This document shows positions 54,231-64,000 of a stretch of 64,000 nucleotides of DNA, in pieces. The notes beneath the pieces were generated by a model. The model searched no databases. It saw only the letters and a list, made by a program, of their open reading frames with translations, and was not told the origin of the DNA. The stretch is from Oopsacas minuta. Its lineage: Eukaryota > Animalia > Porifera. The stretch lies in NCBI GenBank assembly GCA_024704765.1, contig JAKMXF010000321.1, forward strand, positions 372,001-436,000. Reading direction: 5' to 3'. Both the position numbers and the translations under genes were made by a program. Position 1 is the stretch's first letter, and every line of letters starts with the position of its first letter.

Positions 54231-56879
54231 ATGGCTGCAGAGAAAAGTGTTGTACGTATAAAAGAGATGGAAAAGCAGCCAAGCGTTAAATCTCTCACTC
54301 ACCGACCGTCTATCCTCAAAGATTCCGCACTACTCCGCGCTTCTCGTACCAAACTGACTGGATCCTCTCGAATATTTGACGATAAACCTTGGCAAAGTAA
54401 GCACCATAAGAATAGTATTATAATATAATATTAGTATAAATGGAGAGGGGAAGCTCAATATACGAACATGCCACTGCCTCTAGGGCAACTACTAACTCTA
54501 TCAATGCTAGTAAGTTGTACTTTTGACATCCATAGTCTAATTCGAACAATTCCTGTAGTCCAAGAAATTCCAGAGTTACTAACCTTGAGTCCTTATTTAA
54601 TAGAGTATTGGCCTTCCTTAGACTTTCTTGCCAACCCTACCGGGATTCCACTTCATATCCAGGAATTGATCAGAGGCAAGAGGGGTCCGTGGGTATAAAA
54701 GGTCAAGAACCTCTGAACTATTGTATATATGAACTAACATATCCGATAAATTAACTATTGAATAGAGATTATAATAATTATAAAATTTTTGTTTTAGTAA
54801 AGAAAACTCATCAAACCCTTGAGGAATATGAACCCACCTATAAAATGAAACCAGATAAACTACTCAATATATCAGCTATTGAGAAGGTAGCAACTGATGT
54901 GTTACAGAAACTTAAGAATGATACTTATGCTGTAGAGTCCTGTAGACAGTTTTCTAAGACTCTATCACATCTACTGCTGCAGAAAGTTAAAGAGCTGGGA
55001 TTTCCTAGGTATGTCAGATATCAGTAAATAAATCCCATTTCTACTCTACAATGGTGTTCCCCTATTAGCAATATTTTCCAAAATAGCAATTCTTTTCATT
55101 GACTTAGAGTCTATTTTGTATTAAAAATTTCTCTAATTACAGCTCGCGTATTAGCAAGGCAATTCCGTGTAAAATTCGACTTGCTGATAGGCGAACTCCA
55201 CTGTATATCGTTTTTCTGTTGTGGCAAATTTGATGATAATATAAATGCTGTAATAGCTATTCTACTTAAAATGACTTGAACATGAACTAACCCTAGTCAT
55301 AATACGTAAAATGTTGTTAACCAGCTGTAAATTATTAAAATTAATCTTTGTTCTGAGATTCCACAATATTTTATGGAAAATATTTCAATGTAAGAATTCT
55401 ATGTACACTAAACCTACATTTCTTACATTGAAAATATTCTGCATTCCATTCGATAATAATAGGTTTCAATTTGGAATTCTTTGAAGTTGAACATCCCAAA
55501 TATTTGCCATCTCTATCAGCCATAATCAGCTGATATTCATACTAACTAGTGTTAAATTAATATACACATTAATTGACGACTCTTTTAGAGTCTTTTATTC
55601 AATTAAAGTTATATCATTCCCCCACATCCTGTTAATATATTAAATGTATATTATACACAATTGATATCAATAATATCTAATTCCATTATACCACAAACTT
55701 AACTCAACAATGTGAACTTCCCTTGTACGAATATCCGATCTACATCAACACCTTCCTTCACGTTAATAGTTTTCCTTTTCACAAATTTGTTCTCGCAAAC
55801 TTCGAACCCATTGCTTGTAAATATTTTCTCAGTATCTTCTAAGGAAAAGTAGTAGACTCTGGTCCAATCTTGTCTGAAATAGTAATTCGTATCAATCTTG
55901 TGTCCCTGTCCAAACTGCATCATAGCGTGATCGAATACCCCGTAGTCCCTGAATAGAATCTTCCCTCCTGGTGCCAAAACCCCTGATATATTTTGCACTA
56001 CTGTTGACATTTTATCAGGACTGATTGCAGACAATACGAATACCAGCGTTGCCATGGTTACTTTCTCTTTTATATGCTTCTTCAGGGACCCTGCAACGGT
56101 GAGGTCACATTGGAATGCATTGCATTTTGTATCAATGTACGCTTCATTCTTCTGGACTAACTCCACGGCTACATGCGAAATATCACACGCATATACGAAT
56201 AAACTAGAATTCTCTTGAATTAAGGGAAACATTAAATTTCCTACTCCACATCCACATTCTAATAATGTTACTTCATGAGAGCTATCAATCTCTGTAACAC
56301 TAGTTCTTAGTAGTTCAGGGAATTCTCTCCCACACCAATGTCTGTCTTTAAAGAAATTTGTAGAATTTCTTTTGTAGAATAGATCCCAATGTTTCTTACT
56401 CTCTTTCTCTATCTTTTCACGTTTATAGCTTGAAATACATTTATCCTGATCTACTCTCTCTATTTCTTTATCAGATACTACGTTTCTACTTTCGTATCTT
56501 TCTGCCATGTCGTTAACGATAATTTATGCTAGTTATCTGTTGCTTGATCATACATAATAAGGAAAATATATAATATCTTACTTACATATGGATATTATTA
56601 TCTAATTCATTTCTAAGAAAGTGAACCAAACTTCCTTTTTCTAAATAATCTATATCCTTTAAAATAGTTCAATCTTTTATCATTTTCAATTGATCGATAT
56701 CTCCATTATTTAGATACAAGTTTGTTTGTTTGGTAACTATCGGCTCAGTAGAAGGTCAGGGCATGAGAGTAGCTAGCAGATGTCTGTGGGATCATGAGAC
56801 AGATAACTATGCTTCTGTTACATTTAAGAATGCTACCCTCTTTGCAATAGCTACTGTATACGGCATATACTACGAGTGA
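54231..56879 (+). CDS. Tctex1-domain dynein light chain (TCTEX1D/DYNLT5-like); secure exons about 54536/54559-54692, 54798-55008 and 56714-56879; 5' structure unresolved
   Basis: YEPTYKMKPD...VKELGFPR|YKFVCLVTIG...QGMRVASRCLWD...KNATLFAIATVYGIYYE*. The 1705-nt last intron (55009-56713) is phase-compatible. Confidence 0.75.
55049..55203. mobile_element. MITE family E
   Basis: ...CCTATTAGCA / TGCTGATAGGCGAACTCCACTG|TA; relatives at about 32700-32827, 44133-44316 and 49225-49450. Confidence 0.6.
55699..56508 (-). CDS. METTL6: tRNA m3C methyltransferase; intronless, nested antisense in the Tctex1-domain gene
   Basis: KHWDLFYKRNSTNFFKDRHW..REFPEL, LECGCGVGN, FVLSAISP and FRDYG..DHAM..F. Confidence 0.92.
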   Translation of the reverse strand: MAERYESRNVVSDKEIERVDQDKCISSYKREKIEKESKKHWDLFYKRNSTNFFKDRHWCGREFPELLRTSVTEIDSSHEVTLLECGCGVGNLMFPLIQENSSLFVYACDISHVAVELVQKNEAYIDTKCNAFQCDLTVAGSLKKHIKEKVTMATLVFVLSAISPDKMSTVVQNISGVLAPGGKILFRDYGVFDHAMMQFGQGHKIDTNYYFRQDWTRVYYFSLEDTEKIFTSNGFEVCENKFVKRKTINVKEGVDVDRIFVQGKFTLLS

Positions 56880-57171
56880 CAACCCTACTACTTATTTACA
56901 ATAGCTTAATTGTGTTATAGCTTATCTAAAGTATGTATGTATCATACCGTATAATTGTGATACGCTATTCCTAAATAAATTTGAGGAATATGTTAACAGG
57001 ATTGATACCCATTTTGTATATCACTTTATATAATCCATTTTGTATTTAGATATCATTAGTTTTGGGGGATAAAGTGTATCACTTAGTCTCTCGTTTGAGA
57101 TCGTAATCCTTACCTTGAGCATATCAAGGACTCTCGTATTATCCTTATATTTGTGTATTAAGATTCTACTA

Positions 57172-57313
57172 CAGTGAAACTTCCACAAACGGGGAACTTA
57201 TGGAAACGGAGTAAGAATAAATAGAGCAAATTCCCAGTCCCATACAAATGAACCTCCACAAACGGGGTAGCGATTTTCGATCTCCTTGGTACCCATTTAT
57301 GGAGGTTATACTG
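57172..57313. mobile_element. MITE family A
   Basis: TA|CAGTGAAACTTCCACAAAC...TTTATGGAGGTTATACTG. Confidence 0.7.
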
Positions 57314-57382
57314 TTGTAATATTTATTTATATACTTTTATTTCAAAAATAATAAACAAACACAAAATTGCAGATTACAGTAT

Positions 57383-58487
57383 TCATTTCCTGATTGACAT
57401 ATGATACTTGTTTAGTAGAGGCTCTAATGTGCTCCTGATCTTCTTGTCACTATGACAGGACTGACACGCCAGTACTTTAGGGAATGAATGTAGTAATATT
57501 GCTGATATATTCAGGAATACAAATAAAATATCGAATATAAGAATCAACACATAGAAACTAACTAAAAAACAATTTGATGCTATTTCTACAGCAGTTTTTT
57601 GATCTTTTGATAGAAACAAGTAGATAGGGATATTATAAGCTTGTTTGAAAAAGCAAGGATAATCTTTAAGAACTGAAATTATAGTCGCTATTCTGTGTAA
57701 AAATACTCCTAATACGAATATGAATAGACATAGTATGACACCGCTAATAACTAGTTTATACCTTCTCTGTATCCTGTAGCGATACCTGAAGTTATACTTA
57801 TCAAATTCTAGCTTAGCTTCTGCTATTCTCCCTGTTAATACCTTATTTAATTCTCTAGCACTTTTGAGGATAAGAATAAAATCTATTATTGATACCACTT
57901 CATACATGACGTAGCCGAATAACCAAGTATGCACGATAAGACTTAGTATTAATATCACTATACAGTGTGTTACAGTATATATGCAAATATTTCTGAAATT
58001 CCTCCTATCTCCCCTCTCACCATAAGCATTGGTAAGATAAACCAATGCTAGTATAATACAAGATAACATGCCTAATACTGATGCATTGCTAATTGCCCTC
58101 AGTACAATAACACTAGGATTATGTCGCATTATAGAATACAAAGTCTGGTAAGGTTATATTAGTGCATGGATCGCTCAGGTGATTTGTTGTATTATTGCGG
58201 TTTGTTATGTGAATTACTCCGTATGTAGCGACTGCAGTTACTTTCTGTATTAACTCTAATGATAAGATTAACAATAACAATATACCCTTGTGGTAATCAG
58301 TACGTGCATTCGCTAATTCTCTCTTCTGGACTGCATCGATCCTTTTAAGAGCTATTGCTCTAAACTCTCTCCGAGCAAACTGTGTGTACTTTAGTAATTT
58401 TACGATCCAATAGAGAATAGTACATATTATTATGCAAGAAAGGACCAGGTTTATATAGCCAATGAGGTTTAGTGCGTCGTCCTGCAT
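57383..58487 (-). pseudogene. Multi-pass membrane protein of unknown family, split by one frameshift near 58119-58160 (pseudogene or assembly error)
   Basis: Two overlapping hydrophobic ORFs (122 aa and 252 aa) one nucleotide out of frame. The only GT-AG pair there spans 27 nt and does not restore the frame. Confidence 0.6.
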
Positions 58488-59040
58488 ATTTCAATTTTAT
58501 TAATTCTACACAAATTATCTCGTTCTTATAAGGCCAAATTCAAATCAATATACATACTACTGTGGAAGCCCAGATTTGATATATTATATTTCCCTGATTA
58601 TTAATCGATATTTACTGTATCATTTCATCTCTTCTTTCATCTCTTATTTTTTTATGGTCGTAAATAAGATCATAATATTTGTCAGAAATCAACTATTTTA
58701 ATAAGCCCTAACGTGTATCCCCTGACCTCTCTTGTGTAGGTAATAACCATTGAGGAAGTAGATCGTGCAAAATTATAACTTTATTATACTAAACACGAAT
58801 ACCACGATGCCTTCCTTTATGAAAATATTAATTACATTAATCTAAACTGCATGGCTATGTTATCTAATTATTGTGTCATATTTACAAAAATATTTATTGC
58901 AATAACTTAACCCACGTAGTTGATAAAGAGGAAACACATTGGTTGGGTAGCTTATGACAAGGCTTACTCGCGAACTACGGCTTACTATATTTCTAACCCG
59001 TTTATGAACTATACACTAATCAAATCAATATTTCTTATAC

Positions 59041-59050
59041 AACCATAGCT
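59041..59050 (+). promoter_or_regulatory. Candidate snRNA proximal sequence element
   Basis: AACCATAGCT at about -58 to -49 of U4, the usual PSE position, with a loose resemblance to the ACC.T.A.T core. Confidence 0.25.
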
Positions 59051-59098
59051 CTACTTCATTTAATTTATATTATAAAGACCCATAAGTAAGTTTTATTC

Positions 59099-59241
59099 AT
59101 GCCTTGCGCAGTGGCAGTATCATAGCTTATGAGGGACAACCGAGGCGTGATTATTGCTGATTGAAAACTTTACCCAATGCCCCGCTCCAATGAGCCTGGA
59201 ATATGGTGAACTGGTGCTATTTTTGCCGGCCCTAACAGGCC
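59099..59241 (+). ncRNA. RNU4: U4 spliceosomal snRNA
   Basis: CCTTGCGCAGTGGCAGTATC (U6 stem II), K-turn TGAGG/CCGAGG, GATTATTGCTGATTGAAAACTTTACCCAATGCCCCGC, Sm site ATTTTTG (59219-59225) and a terminal GGCC/GGCC hairpin. Collinear with human U4 as recalled. Confidence 0.93.
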
Positions 59242-60251
59242 TTTTATATCAATTAAATGAGACTTTTTTGTAATTTGAGTTACCCTCATTATTCTATTGT
59301 TGTATTGTTGTTTAGTAGAAATTTCCAACTCAAATCCGTCTAATGCGAATATTTTACAGTTAGTTCAAGAATAGAAAATCAGTTTATGGAAAAAGTATGT
59401 ACTAACAGCGGAACGTTTAAACCGAGTTCTACTGTACTTAGGGGTATTATTTGCAAGGGACATTTGCTTGAATCAGTTGGCGGTGTATGTAATTCTTTCC
59501 AGTAAATATTTTTGTATGCTATGTTGTTGATAATTTGCAACAATTATGAATCTATTCAAGATGTAAGATGTTTGCGTAATATCCGCGTATTGAATAACAT
59601 AATTGTGTGTCGCTTGGATATTTCTTTTGTACTTTCAACACGATAATTACTAATCATTAGATCCAATCATATTAGGTATAATGTGTCGTTTCGCTTTGAA
59701 ATAGTAATGTGGAGCATCCAGCTAGTATAGGTTGGGAAGAACAAACTGGCATAGTTATTAGATAAGAGTTTGTTATGCGTCTTAAGCCGATTACTAACCC
59801 GAGTTCTACGATAGTTTTCTAAGGATTACAGGTTACAACAAAACTGCTACTGACCGAAACGGTCATGTTGGTTTGTAGCCTTTTGACCTACCTCCGTTTT
59901 CAATGCACCCCACTTTGATAGATTATTTGTAAATTAATCTTAACATTCCAGTCGGATAAAATGTCTTATTCCATATTAACCTATGTATGCGTACACATTT
60001 ACGTAGTTGATTTTGCAATTTGAATGACTATCTATTCATTTATTTTTCAACCATCCAGAAATATGACCTTCTAGTAAATTCTTTGATTGCATCATCCCTC
60101 CTCTTCCTAAATCTATTTACATATTTGCATGTTTGCAAAAACACTAAACGAGATCATCAAATCTCATTTATCTGTCCACTGTGGCTCTTATAATCCACGT
60201 GTTACCGTGTCACCGAATGCTCTAAACGGGCTGCAATTATATATTCACATG

Positions 60252-60512
60252 CCAGGGCGGACTGGCCTACGGGGAAACCGGGAGATTTCTCGGTGGGCCG
60301 GTGAGCTTCTGACAACCCCCTACTCAAAACATTTCATACACAATATCAGGACTGGGTATTAAGATACAACATGTATGTGTAGGATCATACCTTTTCTATA
60401 ACAATATCAGTTACACAAATTGCATGTTAACGATCGTTCTCTAAATTGAAGCACAGCAAAACAAATTTAATAATATTTTCTCGGCCCCAATCTTTGAGCC
60501 AGTCCGCCCCTG
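60252..60512. mobile_element. hAT-type MITE
   Basis: TIR CAGGGCGGACTGGC / GCCAGTCCGCCCCTG with TSD TTCACATG/TCCACATG (7/8). Confidence 0.75.
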
Positions 60513-60710
60513 TCCACATGGCCCACCACAAACTGGAAGTAACACTCTAAACTATAGCTATAAAGTTCTAGACATAATTCATTTTGAAACCATATTTTTT
60601 TCTGAGTGAAAGTTATAAATACTGATGTAATAGTAAAGAGTAATAGTAAAAGCTAAAGAACTTGTCTCAAGGTTTCGTGATTTCCAAGAACTACACAACA
60701 CACCACGTTA

Positions 60711-63700
60711 ATGGGTAATTCTTGTCTGCGCCATCAAAATAATACTGTAGTAGGCACAGCAACAGCTCCAATTGATCTCCCTAATATAAAGGTAGAAGAT
60801 TCTCCAAGTTCTGGTAACGGCACAGATATTATTATGGAATCCGATACGCCTTCAATTATTTCCCCGTCAGATAATCAAACCAGTCCATTTTTCCAAATAA
60901 ATCTCCCTCGACATAATTCAGATATTGAGACGAGTGGCAGTGACTTAGGGGTAAGTCCTGTCTCTCCGCTCTCTGACTCTGTTCTAGAAAGACCTTCCCT
61001 CTATCAGAACTTTGGATTGAGGATGATAAAACCACAAAAGAGCGAGCCTTACCTCACAGTCCCGATAAAATCCCGACCTGCTAAGTTGACAAAAACATAC
61101 TCAGAATCTCGTGTGGGATTTCGTAAGAGCTCAGCAGTGCAGTCTTGTTCGGTTTTCCACTCTCTAGCTTTAGAACACAGTCCTACGTCAAGTCTCCCTC
61201 TTTCTACTAGCCCTATCCCAGATACCTGCGGATCTATCACAAACTCTCTTCTGCATTCCTTACTTGCTGAGAGAGAGAATGAATTCATTTGGAAGGATGA
61301 ACTATCTATTTTCTGCACGACTTGGAATTGTCACGGAAAGGTTAGTAGTAGTATAATTACCATATCGACTAATAGTAGACCCGGGATATTCCTCTCCCTC
61401 TCTAATACGTCTACCACAATACTAACGAGCAAACTAGGAAATATTGGGCTTATTCCAGCTTAGATTTGCACAGAAACTACGATAGTGATTGTTGAATCGA
61501 TTCATGCACTTTTGGCCACGTTTGTCATGCTCATCATGTTTTGTCAGCTTTGGTCAAATGGCTATAGAAAAAGATATATTTGACTTAATTATAACGTAGC
61601 ACATATATGTGGCCGGAGGCGTGTTATACTATTCTACCATTACTTCATTTTAGATTCCGCTTGTAACAGACATAGAAAGAGAATGGTTGAACAAACCTAA
61701 GCAGCTAGCTGACATATACGCTATAGGTCTACAGGAGATTGATACAGGATATGAAGTTCTGATACTGAACCAGTCTAGCAATCAAAATCAATGGGAGACA
61801 GTAATGTCTTCTGTTTTCAAGAAGATGGGTTCTTACGTGCTCCATGAGACAAATCGTCTTTCTTCTATGTTCCTGATGATATTTGTGAGAGAAGAGCTCT
61901 CCAGACATATCACAGAGACAGCTGTACATGCAATATCTACTGGAATAGGAGGGATATTAGCTAATAAGGGAGGAGTTGGTTAGTTAGATTAGGTCTTGAT
62001 TGAATCATTCTCTAATATACATTCATGTATAATTGTATATATTTGGTAAGAATTTGATATTCCCATTTCCCAGACAGATGTGAGGCGAAATACATTTTAT
62101 TGGAATTGTATTTTATCAATTTCATTATTACCAAATAAGGAATATTACGTTCTAGCTGTTAAATACTATACAATAAACTCCCGTTATCACCAATTCGGAT
62201 GTAAATGAAATGATACCAGGGTCCCGAGCACTTCGTTATAACGAAAGTTTAGTGTAATTACATTCCATCGCTACATATGGTTGCTTCAAAACAATTCAAA
62301 AATTTCGGTTACACATCTCTTTGTTATTCAATACATTAGCTACATTATTTCGTCCTGTAAAACTTCTATCAGTCATATAAATTTGTGATTACATCAACAC
62401 CCGTTTGTTAGTTAATATCTCTATGAAATATGTCCATGTGAGCATTTGTATGGTAGTATACTAGTGCGTAATTACCTTCATGGTGGTGGTGGTTAGTTAT
62501 TTCTATGGGTTAGTTTATTAATAGATTTCATTAAGGTTTCGGTATTATGATAACAATATCTTCCCCACGGGACCAAAGATATCGCCATTATAAAGAGATA
62601 TCTATGACTTTATGGGATCTTATTTTAATACAAATCTTATGGGAATTATTTCAGAATGGTTAATAATAGTACGTATTTGAATTTTTTGATATTCCATTAC
62701 AATTACAGCGAATGATTTGGTAGATACTTTCGGCGCGAAAAGATGTTCATTCACACTAGATTAGCTCCTATATAGTTAATAATGCCCATATATGGAATTA
62801 TCTAACAAATTTCCTTGAATTACGTGCAGCTTCCTTCTTCAATCCTCATTATAGCTTTATCAAATTCCTGATAAGATAATTAAGATATTACTACATAGGA
62901 TAATAGCCATCACAACTATTTTCTTAATAATTATATTCGTTATGTCGATTTCTATTTTTATGGAATGGATTGCAAATGCTATTCATTCAAAAGGTTTGGA
63001 TTACCTCTTTTGCATACGTATTCGCCTGTTATACGATAATTCTAATATATAGTCAGCTCTCATTATATCGAAGCTCAAGGATCCGCGATGGTTACTTGGA
63101 TATAATGTGAGTTGACTGTATGGTCCATGAGAAAAACTACAGTTATATTACTTCTCAATTTATATAAACCCTATCATTCTAGCAATCCGATTTAAGATCC
63201 ACGACAGTACACTATGTTTCGTAAACTCTCATTTCTCTGCTCATGTCACAGAGATAGAAAAGCGCAATTCAGAATACAAAGAAATAATGACAGATATGTT
63301 ATTCCAAATCGGAGATAGAACAATACCACTTATAAGCCATAACATTGTGTTTTGGTTTGGAGATCTAAACTATAGATTTGAAATGAGTAATACATTTTGT
63401 TATGATGACGTCATGGTTGCTTGTAAGGAGAATGACACAGAGGCTCTTAAACTACATGACCAGTTCTACTTAGAACATCAAAGAGGAGATATATTCAGTG
63501 AATTCCAGGAGGGGGAAATTACATTTCTGCCTAGCTACAAGTATGATCCGGGTGAGTCAATTATTCTATCATTGTTAGGTTACTGAAGTTTTGGTAGTTG
63601 GAAAATTTGTGACTAAAATACCACGAAATTTTGGACCTTTTGGGACCGAATGGAATTTGGAATTCGATCCTAGATATCGATTCCAAAGACTCAAAAACTA

Positions 63701-64000
63701 GAACCATGAGGTAATGCAGGACCAATTTCGGGGGCGATTTTCGACCAATACCGAAAATATCTACTATATCAATTATATGTTTTTTGTATTAGGCACGAAT
63801 ATCTGGGATTCTAGTGCCAAGAAGCGTTGTCCTGCTTGGTGCGACAGAATCCTTTGGAAAGGAGAGGAAGTAAAGCAGCTATCCTACTCAATGCATCATA
63901 CTATATTACCATCAGATCACAAACCTGTATCTGCTTTATTTAACGTACAAATTAGAGGAGTTGATCAACAGAAACTGGATAAAGTGGGGGAGGAAGTCCG
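60711..64000 (+). CDS. OCRL/INPP5B: OCRL/INPP5B-type inositol polyphosphate 5-phosphatase, 3'-truncated; exons 60711-61340, 61654-61978, 63183-63551, 63793-window end
   Basis: LAERENEF...IFCTTWN, IYAIGLQEID, NKGGV|AIRF...LCFVNSH, FWFGDLNYR, FLPSYKYD, PAWCDRILW and SDHKPV. Confidence 0.9.
63050..63118. mobile_element. MITE family B, minimal copy
   Basis: AGTCAGCTCTCATTATATCGAAGCTCAAGG...ATATAATGTGAGTTGACTG|TA. Confidence 0.55.

Noticed and set aside
419-59241. Apparent functional clustering of RNA-processing genes (MPP6, RNPC3, SF3B5, METTL6, U4) and ubiquitin genes (NFX1, ELOB, UBE4B, RNF4)
   Set aside because: These are large housekeeping categories, interspersed with unrelated genes, so the pattern is compatible with chance.
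59851-59865. Perfect hairpin TGACCG-AAA-CGGTCA (ribozyme or terminator candidate)
   Set aside because: Only a 6-bp stem, with no hammerhead CUGAUGA core nearby.
419-63792. U12-type introns, expected because RNPC3 is present
   Set aside because: None of the roughly 53 modelled donors has the [GA]TATCCTT consensus.

Overview
Gene-dense, AT-rich animal nuclear DNA with about 30 protein-coding loci, one U4 snRNA gene and more than 20 short non-autonomous DNA transposons (MITEs). There is no transposase, tRNA, rRNA or CRISPR array. My inference from the compactness, the many intronless housekeeping genes, the nested genes and the lineage-specific 7TM/NHL/multi-TM families is a non-bilaterian animal, probably a glass sponge; this is not proven. 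Spliced models were built by hand from GT/GC-AG sites and protein homology recalled from memory, with no database search run. Recognisable genes: MPHOSPH6, SRRD, NFX1 (16 exons), CACFD1/Flower, two NSDHL paralogues, GK, PTGES3/p23, RNPC3, an AQP11/12-type aquaporin, ELOB, SCYL1, FAM219, SF3B5, a C2-myotubularin-FYVE, a p55-type PI3K regulatory subunit, SIRT4, presenilin, UBE4B, RNF4, a Tctex1-domain gene, METTL6 and OCRL/INPP5B (3'-truncated). Main observations: (1) genes sit in three long same-strand arrays, and 18 of 30 start codons have a YAG splice-acceptor-like motif 0-9 nt upstream, suggesting spliced-leader trans-splicing and possibly polycistronic units; (2) five genes are nested in introns, one (RNPC3) on the same strand as its host; (3) three of about 53 introns need GC donors; (4) several signalling proteins have unusual architectures; (5) two genes are broken by single frameshifts.
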